32,000 nucleotides of DNA. Origin: Candidatus Electronema halotolerans. Lineage in GTDB: Bacteria; Desulfobacterota; Desulfobulbia; Desulfobulbales; Desulfobulbaceae. The stretch is from the NCBI GenBank assembly GCA_942493095.1, contig OW818675.1, positions 2,640,001-2,672,000 of the forward strand, written 5' to 3'. Positions within the stretch are counted from its first letter, which is position 1, and the number at the start of each line of letters is the position of its first letter. A model generated the notes under the pieces. That model saw only the letters and a program-made list of their open reading frames with translations, was not told the origin of the DNA and made no database searches. This document shows positions 1 through 8,752 of this stretch, one piece after another. The position numbers were made by a program, and so were the translations under genes.

Positions 1-975
1 CCGGTCAATCAGCTCCTTGTCCTCAAAGTAGGCCGCGATCTTGCGCAGGGACTTGGCCGTGGCCGCAGCCCCGATAAAGTTGACCTTGATCCACGGGATG
101 CCGTACTTGGTCTCCAGCATGTCAGCCACATAGTTGATCGAGCGGTGACACATGACCGCGTTCAGATCAGCCTGATGGGCTGTGGCGAACTGCGTGTAGG
201 TCGAGTTGCCGGAGAAGGTGGCCACGTTGGTGATGCCGCACTTCTTGAAGATCCGGTCAATCTCAAAGCCGTCGCCGCCGATGTTGTACTCGCCCAGCAG
301 GTTGATCTTGAACTTGCCCGCAACCGGCTTGTCGTTCTCACCGACAATATGACGGAAGACCTGGTTGTTGGCAATGTGATGCCCGGCGGACTGGGACACG
401 CCCTTGTAGCCCTCGCAGCTGAAGGCGTACACGTTGCAGTCGCCGAACTTCTCCTTCATCTTCCGCGCCACGGTGTGAATGTCGTCACCGATCAGGCCGA
501 CCGGACAGGTGGCGAAGATGGCAATGGACTTGGGATGAAAGAGGTCATACGCCTCCTGAATCGCTGCGGCCAGCTTCTTCTCCCCGCCGAAGATGATGTC
601 CTGATCCTGCATGTCGGTCGAGAACGCATAGGTCATGAAGTTCTCGCCGTCCGGCCCTTCCGGCCCCGGATCAGTCTGGTTGCGCCGGGTCAGCCAGGCG
701 TAGAAGCTGCATCCTATCGGCCCATGCACCAAGTTGACGATGTCGCGGGTCGGCCCCATGATAACGCCTTTGCAGCCCGCGTAGGTGCAGCCCCGCATGG
801 TGATGATGCCCGGAATGGTGCGCACGTTGGCCGTGATCTCCGGCGTGCCGTTCTCCAGGGCCTCGTTGATCATGATCTGCTTGGCGCGCTTGCGGGCCAC
901 TTTGGGCGGATACTTGGCCAGCAGTTCGGCCTTGATCTCCGCAGGCTCCATCGGCACCGTTGCTTTCTTTGTCAT
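1..975 (-). CDS. nifD: Nitrogenase molybdenum-iron protein alpha chain NifD (N-terminal part; C-terminus beyond window edge)
   Basis: Minus-strand reading from the ATG at 975 gives MTKKATVPMEPAEIKAELLAKYPPKVARKRAKQ...GCTYAGCKGVIMGPTRDIVNLVHGPIGCSFYAWLTRRNQ... with the conserved NifD P-cluster/GPxxCSFYxW region. It lies directly downstream of nifI2. The ORF track lists only antisense ORFs here because the gene runs off the window. Confidence 0.97.
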   Translation of the reverse strand, partial: MTKKATVPMEPAEIKAELLAKYPPKVARKRAKQIMINEALENGTPEITANVRTIPGIITMRGCTYAGCKGVIMGPTRDIVNLVHGPIGCSFYAWLTRRNQTDPGPEGPDGENFMTYAFSTDMQDQDIIFGGEKKLAAAIQEAYDLFHPKSIAIFATCPVGLIGDDIHTVARKMKEKFGDCNVYAFSCEGYKGVSQSAGHHIANNQVFRHIVGENDKPVAGKFKINLLGEYNIGGDGFEIDRIFKKCGITNVATFSGNSTYTQFATAHQADLNAVMCHRSINYVADMLETKYGIPWIKVNFIGAAATAKSLRKIAAYFEDKELIDR

Positions 976-1001
976 ATCGTTTCTCTTCCTCCGTGAATAG
1001 C

Positions 1002-1376
1002 TCAGGCTATAGCCGCCTCGCCTTTTTCCGCTGTGCGCACGCGCACCGCATCCATCACCGGCATGACAAATATCTTGCCGTCGCCCGGCTTGCCGGTCTG
1101 GTTGACTTTGATGATCGCCTGAACCACGTCATCTACTTGGTCATCCTCAACCACCACTGTGACCACGCGCTTGGGATAGAGCTTGCCCTTCTCGCCCAGC
1201 ACTGCCGCCGCTTCCTCGTAGCCTTGATCAACCCCTTCCAAGACCTTGGGATTGGCAAAGCCTTTGCCCCGGCCTTGCGCCTCACGGACAAAGTAGGCGG
1301 CAATACCTGCGTCGCTGAGGGCCTTCTTGGTCTGATTCATCATATTGATGCGCACGACCGCGATGACCTCTTTCAT
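1002..1376 (-). CDS. nifI2: PII-like nitrogen regulatory protein NifI2
   Basis: 124 aa, MKEVIAVVRINMMNQTKKALSDAGIAAYFVREAQGRGKG..., GlnB/PII family, with the position between nifI1 and nifD diagnostic of NifI2. Confidence 0.93.
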   Translation of the reverse strand: MKEVIAVVRINMMNQTKKALSDAGIAAYFVREAQGRGKGFANPKVLEGVDQGYEEAAAVLGEKGKLYPKRVVTVVVEDDQVDDVVQAIIKVNQTGKPGDGKIFVMPVMDAVRVRTAEKGEAAIA

Positions 1377-1723
1377 GCCGCTGCCTCCTCTGCTGCCGCG
1401 CCTTCCTTCACGCCGGAGCTGACCGTATAGACTTCCTCAACCGCGCTGACAAAGATCTTGCCGTCGCCGAACGCGCCCTTACCAGCGGTGCGGGCCGTGT
1501 CCATGATGGTTTGGATGACAAAATCCTTGTCTTCGTCCCGAACCACCAGCATCAGCATCATCTTGGGAATCTCATCGTAGGTCACATCGCCGATTTTGAT
1601 GCCCCGTTGCTTGCCGCGTCCGGCCACTGCGTATTTGGTGACTGCTGGGAAGCCCGCATCCATAAGAGCGGCCAGCACGTCGTCTGATTTTTCCGGCCTG
1701 ATTATTGCTCTGATCATCAACAT
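1373..1723 (-). CDS. nifI1: PII-like nitrogen regulatory protein NifI1
   Basis: Internal ATG start at 1723 (MLMIRAIIRPEKSDDVLAALMDAGFPAVTKYAVAGRGKQRGIKIG...) preceded by an AGGAG-type RBS. GlnB family, immediately downstream of nifH. The longer 1373..1825 ORF reads through the intergenic repeat. Confidence 0.93.
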   Translation of the reverse strand: MLMIRAIIRPEKSDDVLAALMDAGFPAVTKYAVAGRGKQRGIKIGDVTYDEIPKMMLMLVVRDEDKDFVIQTIMDTARTAGKGAFGDGKIFVSAVEEVYTVSSGVKEGAAAEEAAA

Positions 1724-1756
1724 GATTTGTTTTCTCCTGAATAATTCATTCAATCC

Positions 1757-1856
1757 GCAGGGGCGGCCCCCTGTGGCCGCCCTTTTCGGCGCATAGCCTG
1801 CCCCTGCGCCATTTGCATTGCCCAATCCGTAGGGGCGAAAAATTTTTCGCCCCTAC
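1757..1856. repeat. REP/MITE-like palindromic units in the nifH-nifI1 intergenic gap
   Basis: Two related units, caatccgcaggggcg (from 1751) and caatccgtaggggcg (from 1823). Unit 1 pairs GCAGGGGC (1757-1764) with GCCCCTGC (1800-1807), or GGGCGGCC (1761-1768) with GGCCGCCC (1775-1782). Unit 2 is the perfect 28-bp palindrome GTAGGGGCGAAAAATTTTTCGCCCCTAC (1829-1856). Confidence 0.75.
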
Positions 1857-1866
1857 ACCGCCCGCA

Positions 1867-2709
<843 letters not shown>

Positions 2710-2756
2710 TCATTAGGATGTCTGTTCAATGCTGATTCATTTCCTGCTTTGGACAT

Positions 2757-2772
2757 AGCAAGGGGCATGCCA
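2757..2772 (-). promoter_or_regulatory. Sigma-54 (-24/-12) promoter for nifH
   Basis: Minus-strand sequence TGGCATG-CCCC-TTGCT, matching the TGGCAC-N5-TTGCW consensus, about 65 nt upstream of the nifH ATG. Confidence 0.85.
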
Positions 2773-2955
2773 ATCTGCGGAGAATGGAAAAATATGCAGC
2801 AATGCAGGGATGATGACAGGTTGCGAGGCGGATTGCCCTGTGACTGCGGCAAGACGCAGGACAGGTCTTTTTGCAGGAAGAGTTACAAATACGAAACAGA
2901 AAGACGTTTTTGTGCAGAAGACGACTGCGCTGTCCTGTCTGATTGCAAGGAGGGA

Positions 2956-2974
2956 CCCGGAGCATTACTCCGGG
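2956..2974 (-). terminator. Hairpin between the substrate-binding protein gene and the nifH promoter, possible terminator
   Basis: Perfect 7-bp stem CCCGGAG-CATTA-CTCCGGG just downstream of the stop at 2993. No good U-tract on the minus strand. Confidence 0.4.
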
Positions 2975-2992
2975 GCTTGTTTGTCACGGGCA

Positions 2993-4174
2993 TCAATCCG
3001 GGCAGATTGACTTGTAGAACTCGTACTCGCCCTTGTCGCTGATCTTGACAATCACGGCGCACTTTTTGGGATCACCAGTGCCGGAGAAAGTCATCTTGCC
3101 GGTGATACCGTCAAAGTCCTTGATCTGGGCCAAGGCATCCCGCACCGCCTTGCGGTCCTGCTTGATGTTGCCGCTCAGGCCGCCGGAGCTTTCAATCGCT
3201 TTCTTAGCCAAGCCCAAGGCATCCCAGGTCAGGGCGGCGACATCATCTGGCACATAGCCGTATTTGGCTTTGTAGCGGTCAATAAAGGCTTTGGTCGCTC
3301 CCTGCGCGCCAGCGGCGGCATAATGAGTGCTGAAGAACTGGCCGTAGCAGGCTGGGCCGCAGAGCTGCACAGTCTCGGCAGAACCCCAGCTGTCGCTGCC
3401 CACTATCGGCCCGTTCCAGCCCAGAGCCTTGGCCTGCTGGACAATCAAGGCCACCTCGTTGTAATATTGCGGCGTGAACAGCACTTGCGCGCCAGAATGG
3501 ATGATCTTGGTGAGCTGCGAGCTGAAATCGGTGTCCTTGGTGGTGAAGCTCTCATAAGCAACCACTGAGCCGGGGCCGTGCTTCTCCTCCCACGCCTTTT
3601 TGAAGAACTCAGCCAAGCCCTTGGGATAGTCACTGGCCACGTCGTAGAGCACTGCCGCCTTGCTGAACTTGAACTCGTCGCTGATGAAGTTGGCCAGCAC
3701 CGGCCCTTGGAAGGGATCAAGGAAGCAGGCCCGGAACACATAGGGCCGTCCGGCAGTGGTGTCCGGGTTGGTTGACCACGGGCTGATCATCGGGGTCTGA
3801 TAGTTGTTGGCCACGTCGCCTGCCGGGATGGCCTCTTTGGAAGACTGCGGGCCAATGATGATCAGGACATCATCCTGGGCGATCAGTTTGGTGCTGGCCT
3901 TGACTGCTGATTCGGCCTTGGATTCGCTGTCCTCAATCACCAGCTCGACCGGATGCTTCGTGCCATTGACCTCAATGCCGCCCGCCCTGTTCACGTCCTC
4001 CAGCCACAGTTCCGCCGCATACTTGGTGCCTTCGCCAACCTTGGGAATGTCGCCGGTGATGGGCGCGTTGATGCCCACCTTGATGGGCCGCTGCCGTTCC
4101 GAGCGGCAGGAGGTCAAAGCAAAACAGAAGGCCAGCGCAGAGAGCGCGGCAGCACATCGAGCCAGTTTGTTCAT
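2993..4174 (-). CDS. ABC transporter substrate-binding lipoprotein, branched-chain amino acid (Leu/Ile/Val-binding) type
   Basis: Start at 4174 with RBS aaaggaga: MNKLARCAAALSALAFCFALTSCRSERQRPIKVGINAPITGDIPKVGEGTKYAAELWLEDVN...; lipobox FALTSC; type I periplasmic binding fold of the LivJ family. Confidence 0.92.
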   Translation of the reverse strand: MNKLARCAAALSALAFCFALTSCRSERQRPIKVGINAPITGDIPKVGEGTKYAAELWLEDVNRAGGIEVNGTKHPVELVIEDSESKAESAVKASTKLIAQDDVLIIIGPQSSKEAIPAGDVANNYQTPMISPWSTNPDTTAGRPYVFRACFLDPFQGPVLANFISDEFKFSKAAVLYDVASDYPKGLAEFFKKAWEEKHGPGSVVAYESFTTKDTDFSSQLTKIIHSGAQVLFTPQYYNEVALIVQQAKALGWNGPIVGSDSWGSAETVQLCGPACYGQFFSTHYAAAGAQGATKAFIDRYKAKYGYVPDDVAALTWDALGLAKKAIESSGGLSGNIKQDRKAVRDALAQIKDFDGITGKMTFSGTGDPKKCAVIVKISDKGEYEFYKSICPD

Positions 4175-4638
4175 CAGCAAATCTCCTTTCATCATATTCA
4201 GCATTCTATGCAAAGCGCAGCAGACCAGCCGGAATGGCGGACCAGCCCGCCCATCGTAGGCAGTCTGCCGTCTTTTGTCAAGCACTTCAGGAGGCTGTCA
4301 GGTCGCAGGCGGTGCTGTCTTTCAACCGCTGCAAAAGCCGCGCTTGGAGCTTGCATCAACGTTTCCCTGTTGACAGGAGCAGATGCGCTGCTTAAACTGA
4401 CTGGCCAGCAACAGCCGCCAATTGCATAAGTCCATGATTATGACGACAATGCAGCGGCCTCTGGGTGCTGCTCCGCAACGACTGCGAGGCAGGCTGGTGA
4501 ATGCGCTGGATGTCAGGGCAGCCTGAACGGCAGATCGCGGGCCGAAGCGGGCAAAGCCAAATTTTTCATGCAGCTGCTGCTGTTCCCGAAATCAGGGGCA
4601 GGCAGTTGCAATCAAACAACCTTGCAGGAGATGCACTT

Positions 4639-5073
4639 ATGAACGCCATGTGTCCGGTGTCTTTCGTCAAAGTCAATGAGAACGCTGTCCGCATCACTGC
4701 GGCCCAGGCCGTGCTGGCCATTCTTCTTTTCCTTTTCAGCCCTTTGAAATGGGTCATCCTGATTGTTGCCGCAGATTTCTTTGTCCGTGGTTTCGGGCAG
4801 CCGAAATACAGCCCCTTTGCCAAGGTCAGCAAGAAAATCCTTGAGCTTGTCAAGGTCAAGCCGGTCATGACCGATGCTGCGCCGAAAATCTTTGCCGCCA
4901 GAATAGGCTTTTTGTTTTCCTGTCTGCTGACCGCCTGCTGGATCTTGGATTTGAGCTTTGCTGCCTTGATCATCGGCCTGATGTTCGCAGCCTGCGCCTT
5001 TCTTGAAGCCGCCTTCCGTTTCTGCATTGCCTGCAAGATGTACCCGTTGGTCTGCAAAATAAAGGCAAGCTGA
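4639..5073 (+). CDS. DUF4395 family membrane protein
   Basis: MNAMCPVSFVKVNENAVRITAAQAVLAILLFLFSPLKWVILIVAADFFVRGFGQPKYSPFAKVSK...; CPVxxxxVNExxxR N-terminus and hydrophobic segments typical of DUF4395; AGGAG RBS upstream. Confidence 0.85.
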   Translation: MNAMCPVSFVKVNENAVRITAAQAVLAILLFLFSPLKWVILIVAADFFVRGFGQPKYSPFAKVSKKILELVKVKPVMTDAAPKIFAARIGFLFSCLLTACWILDLSFAALIIGLMFAACAFLEAAFRFCIACKMYPLVCKIKAS

Positions 5074-5228
5074 ATCCCTCCTGCCCGCTTCTCCGCACTC
5101 TTTGACTCAAGCGGCGACATGCTGACAACTGCGCCAAGGCTGATCCCGGCCTGCGGCGCAGGCGTGGCCAAGGCCTTGGGGTTGTAGTTTCCAGCAGCAG
5201 AAGGACGGATGAGGCGCAGTCAACATAT

Positions 5229-5251
5229 TGCGGATTCAAGTTCCAAGCGCA
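5229..5251 (+). repeat. 23-bp direct repeat, left copy
   Basis: tgcggattcaagttccaagcgca, identical to 8469-8491. Confidence 0.85.
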
Positions 5252-5563
5252 TAACCGTTCAAAATCAATGCGGTGCTGATGATAGATCAGATAGACTTCA
5301 ACGATGAATCGGGCTATTCTGCCGTTTCCGTCATTGAACGGGTGGATGTACACAAATCTCTGATAAAAGCTGGCTGCAACAGCCTCATGCCAAGGCCCGA
5401 AGCCGCCATGATTGTTGACCGCCTCCACCCATTTCCGCAGATATTCCCGCTTGCTGTGGGCCAGCTCATTGTCCTGCCCCTTGGTTTCCAAGATCAGGTG
5501 CGCCTCGTTGTTCAGCCGGATAATGCAATCAGGGGAATGATCTGAGCAGTATATGCTATTCAC
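5252..5563 (-). pseudogene. Chimeric remnant: C-terminal fragment of a type III-restriction-like (Res/BPTD_3080-like) protein joined to a truncated Fic domain
   Basis: Minus-strand ORF 4970..5563 starts (GTG) MNSIYCSDHSPDCIIRLNNEAHLILETKGQDNELAHSKREYLRKWVEAVNNHGGFGPWHEAVA, resembling helicase/nuclease C-termini (LILExKG...RKWVEAVNxxGGFGxW). It continues directly as ASFYQRFVYIHPFNDGNGRIARFIVEVYLIYHQHRIDFERL with the Fic motif HPFxDGNGRxxR. Recognisable homology stops at the 23-bp repeat, after which the reading frame is junk. Confidence 0.65.
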
Positions 5564-8448
5564 TCAGGCATTGCCACGCAATCATCAGTAATGAATGCGG
5601 CAGGATTTTTTATCGTCGGCGGCAAACCAGGGCCGATTATTTTTTCTCCCAGTGCTTCTTTCTCCGCCAGCTCCTGATTCAACGCCAGAAGAAATGATAA
5701 AATATCGGCATTCTTTTTTATGCCATACGCAGAAAAAACAGCAGCATCAAGTTTGTCCTGCGCTTCGCTGACCGGATTGTCCGCTGTTTCTTCCATCACC
5801 CGATACAAATCACGCATGGTCATTTTGTGTTGCTGCATGACGCTGCGCCGGGTCGAACGCAGCGCAACCGCCCGCTCGGCAACAGCTTTAATCTGCTTTG
5901 CAGATGCCATCTGCGGCCAAGGAAAAGAATCAAAAACACTGTTGGACGTGTATCGAAATCTCTCTGTTAATGTTGAGCAGCGGGATGTGAACCATTCCCA
6001 ATGAACAATAGATTGCAAGATGCCAAAAGAGTAATCATCGGAAAGTGGAAAAACTTGAATTGCGTCATTTGGATGTATCTTTGACGAGATAAACTCAAAA
6101 ACAGGTCGTTTTGTAACACGTCCGCAAACACAGTAGCGTGGCAGTTTTTCTATGATGTCCATAAGTTCTTCACGAACACGCCAGAATTTCCACCATTTTT
6201 TAAAATGAGACTGTCTTGGCCCTACATCTTTTCCCGTATTTTTCCACTCTTTTTCAGCCTTCTTTTTCATTTCAGGATAAACTGTCTTGTGCAAGATATT
6301 GTATAGCACAGGATAGCTTTTTACAGAAAAAATATCGTGTTTTCGGAAATCAATCACATAGCGTTTTGGCAAAGAACCGAAAGAACCTATCATCTCGTCA
6401 GCGGTGAGAAATGGGAAAAGCACCTCTATGTATTTTTCATCTGAAGCAATCAGTTGCTCGGCTTCCTCACGTTTGAGAAGAAAACCTGAATGGCCATGTG
6501 TCTGTCCTTGAAAACATGCCTTTGATTCAACATTTGCCCGAAGCGTTTTAGCGGAAGTCAAATCAGCGGCAAGACTGAGCGCAGAGTTTATCTGCTCAAC
6601 TTCGTAATATTCAAACGGAGATTCTTTAGAGTCACCGCGTTGGAAAATCAGCTTCTTTTTTCCCGGCTCTTCGCCTTTCAGCCAGTTGACAATGGAAACA
6701 TGAACCGCCGCATCTCCAGACCAGACTTGCGTTGAGACCGCCTCAGTGATCGTGCCGCCTTTGCTGACAATGTAATCCAGCCCGCCTTCCCGCGAGTAAT
6801 TCTGGCGGATTGTGTTTGTGCCGACTAATCCAGCCCGCTGACCTGCCTGCATTTCCTCATGCGCCCGCCGGAACCAGTAAACGCAGTAATCAGCCCGGCC
6901 CGGAACATCCGCATAACGTGTCCGCACCCGCTCTATTTCCGCCCTGTCCATTTCAAGCTGCATCTTGTTTTTGGACTGATAGGGCGGATTTCCGATCACT
7001 GCATCAAAGGAGGGCCAAGCACAGAACAGCGCGTCATCACAGATGATGTTCTCCTCCAAGCGGTCAAGCGGCAGCCCTTCATCAAGAAGCAGCCCTAATG
7101 TCGATGTGAGCGGACTGATGCGCTTGTTCCATTCGTCGGCAGCCAGCTCCTTGCCGATCATCATGGTCATTTTCGCCACTTCCACTGCGACAGGCAGCAA
7201 GTCAATGCCGTGAAACTGCTTGGTTGAAACCCGCGACATGCCGAACTTGATGCTTTTCGATGACCGTTGAGAGTAATTGGCGGCAATTTTCTCGATGATC
7301 TGCATTTCAAGCTCTTTCAAGGCCCGGTATGCCACATAAAGAAAGTTGCCGCAGCCGCAGGCCGGGTCAAGCACCTTGAAATTGCCAAGCTCCTCGCGGA
7401 GGGCGGACAGTTTCTGAAGTGTGTCAGCCTGTTTCAGCTTCTCCTTCCACGGGCGGATGATGGTTGGATTGACAATTTTCAGAATATCCGCCTCATTGGT
7501 GAAGTGCGCCCCAAACTGATGCCGCTCTTTCACGTTCATGGTGCTTTCAAAAAGAGTGCCGAAAATCGCCGGATTGACATGCTTCCAGTTGAACTTGGCA
7601 GCCTTGCTGAGAAGGCTCAGGCTGTCCGCGTCCAGCTCCAGCGGCTCAACTGCGTCAAAAAGCCCGCCGTTGAAATACCTGACTTGCTTGAATCTGCCGC
7701 CCCGCGCCGCCTCCCTGCTTGCCATCTGCCTGAACAGGCCGCCAAAGAGATCATACGTGCTCTGTCCTCTTTGACAGTCACGAATCAGTTCAGTGAATAT
7801 GGTCTGCGGCAGAAGACCGAAATCTTCAGAAAACAGAGCAAGCACAGATTGCAGGAGAAATCTCTGCACCCTTGCCCGTTCTTCTTTTCGTTCAAAAATC
7901 AAATGCCGGAATATCTGGCCGACAACCTTTGCCGCTTCTTGCGAAATTTCTTCAACATTGCTGTGAAAGACCGGTTCCTTTCCCTCCTTGAGTAGGAAGT
8001 TGAAGGCGCTGGCCCGGTCAATTAGCTTATCGATGCTGATTTCATCCACCAGCGACAGGTGCTTATAGATCAAAAAATGATCAAAATTGCACAAAATGAC
8101 ATAGGTCGGCTTCTGCGCTCCCGGCCCGATGACAGTTTTCGGGTTCATTTCAATCCAGTAGTCACGCACCTGCGGAAAATGAGCGGCCAGATTCTTTTCC
8201 GCCTTTTTCTTCATTTCAATCAGCACGCCGTCAGTACCGGGCGGCGACCAGAGACAATCAGCAAATTTAGTCCGACCGGTGGTGTTGAATTTGATTCTTG
8301 CCTCAAGAACTCCATTTGCTTCGATAATGCCGCCATGACCAAAGGCCCGGAAAAGACGGTCACAGAAAAGCTGCGCTTCTCCTTTCTCATCACCTTTCAG
8401 TTTCTTGACGTAATCAACAAATTCTTGCAGCAGATGCTGATTTGACAT
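5560..8448 (-). CDS. MmeI-like class I SAM-dependent DNA methyltransferase / type IIG restriction-modification protein
   Basis: 962 aa. N-terminal GTDGVLIEMKKKAEKNL (nuclease-like D/ExK), SAM-binding VLDPACGCGNFLYVAYRAL, catalytic VIGNPPY, followed by GRADYCVYWFRRAHEEM...AGLVGTNTIRQ and a C-terminal LNQELAEKEALGEKIIGPGLP segment as in MmeI-family enzymes. Confidence 0.85.
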   Translation of the reverse strand: MSNQHLLQEFVDYVKKLKGDEKGEAQLFCDRLFRAFGHGGIIEANGVLEARIKFNTTGRTKFADCLWSPPGTDGVLIEMKKKAEKNLAAHFPQVRDYWIEMNPKTVIGPGAQKPTYVILCNFDHFLIYKHLSLVDEISIDKLIDRASAFNFLLKEGKEPVFHSNVEEISQEAAKVVGQIFRHLIFERKEERARVQRFLLQSVLALFSEDFGLLPQTIFTELIRDCQRGQSTYDLFGGLFRQMASREAARGGRFKQVRYFNGGLFDAVEPLELDADSLSLLSKAAKFNWKHVNPAIFGTLFESTMNVKERHQFGAHFTNEADILKIVNPTIIRPWKEKLKQADTLQKLSALREELGNFKVLDPACGCGNFLYVAYRALKELEMQIIEKIAANYSQRSSKSIKFGMSRVSTKQFHGIDLLPVAVEVAKMTMMIGKELAADEWNKRISPLTSTLGLLLDEGLPLDRLEENIICDDALFCAWPSFDAVIGNPPYQSKNKMQLEMDRAEIERVRTRYADVPGRADYCVYWFRRAHEEMQAGQRAGLVGTNTIRQNYSREGGLDYIVSKGGTITEAVSTQVWSGDAAVHVSIVNWLKGEEPGKKKLIFQRGDSKESPFEYYEVEQINSALSLAADLTSAKTLRANVESKACFQGQTHGHSGFLLKREEAEQLIASDEKYIEVLFPFLTADEMIGSFGSLPKRYVIDFRKHDIFSVKSYPVLYNILHKTVYPEMKKKAEKEWKNTGKDVGPRQSHFKKWWKFWRVREELMDIIEKLPRYCVCGRVTKRPVFEFISSKIHPNDAIQVFPLSDDYSFGILQSIVHWEWFTSRCSTLTERFRYTSNSVFDSFPWPQMASAKQIKAVAERAVALRSTRRSVMQQHKMTMRDLYRVMEETADNPVSEAQDKLDAAVFSAYGIKKNADILSFLLALNQELAEKEALGEKIIGPGLPPTIKNPAAFITDDCVAMPE

Positions 8449-8468
8449 AATAGACCTTTTTTTGTAAA

Positions 8469-8491
8469 TGCGGATTCAAGTTCCAAGCGCA
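8469..8491 (+). repeat. 23-bp direct repeat, right copy
   Basis: tgcggattcaagttccaagcgca, identical and same orientation as 5229-5251. Confidence 0.85.
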
Positions 8492-8554
8492 ACTTTTTAG
8501 CAGGCTTCTGAGGACAGCTTTTCTGGCTCGTTGAAACTGAAAAAATCAAAAGAA

Positions 8555-8586
8555 AAAGGGTTGCCGCCCGTTGGCTGCAACCCTTT
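8555..8586 (-). terminator. Rho-independent terminator downstream of tRNA-Leu
   Basis: Minus strand AAAGGGTTGC-AGCCAACGGGCG-GCAACCCTTT followed by a T-rich run (CTTTTGATTTTTT). Confidence 0.8.
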
Positions 8587-8594
8587 GAATTTAC

Positions 8595-8682
8595 TGGTGC
8601 CCGGAGCGAGAATCGAACTCGCACAGTTGCAAGAACCGAGGGATTTTAAGTCCCTTGCGTCTACCTGTTCCGCCATCCGGGC
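8595..8682 (-). tRNA. tRNA-Leu (anticodon TAA)
   Basis: Minus strand GCCCGGATGGCGGAACAGGTAGACGCAAGGGACTTAAAATCCCTCGG...GAGTTCGATTCTCGCTCCGGGCACCA. 7-bp acceptor stem GCCCGGA/TCCGGGC, long variable arm, T-loop TTCGATTCT, encoded CCA. Confidence 0.96.
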
Positions 8683-8752
8683 TGAAGAAAACCGCCGCAT
8701 AGATTACTTCCTGTCCGCCCTTTTGTCAAGAGAGCGGACAGGGCGGCCCGTC

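Noticed and set aside
145-996. 283-aa plus-strand ORF at the left edge
   Set aside because: Fully antisense to nifD, which is the clear minus-strand coding sequence running off the window. The translation has no recognisable motif.
4340-4362. Possible degenerate third copy, inverted, of the 23-bp repeat (cgcgcttggagcttgcatcaacg)
   Set aside because: Only 17 of 23 positions match by hand alignment. This is plausible by chance in a 32 kb window and not strong enough to list as a repeat without a genome-wide search.
4566-5171. 201-aa minus-strand ORF and the 3' part of ORF 4970..5563
   Set aside because: Antisense to DUF4395 or to non-coding sequence. Recognisable homology in the 4970..5563 ORF ends near 5252.
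5152-5175. Small palindromes (cctgcggcgcagg, ccaaggccttgg) downstream of the DUF4395 gene
   Set aside because: Short GC-rich self-complementary words without a T-tract. Too weak to call a terminator.
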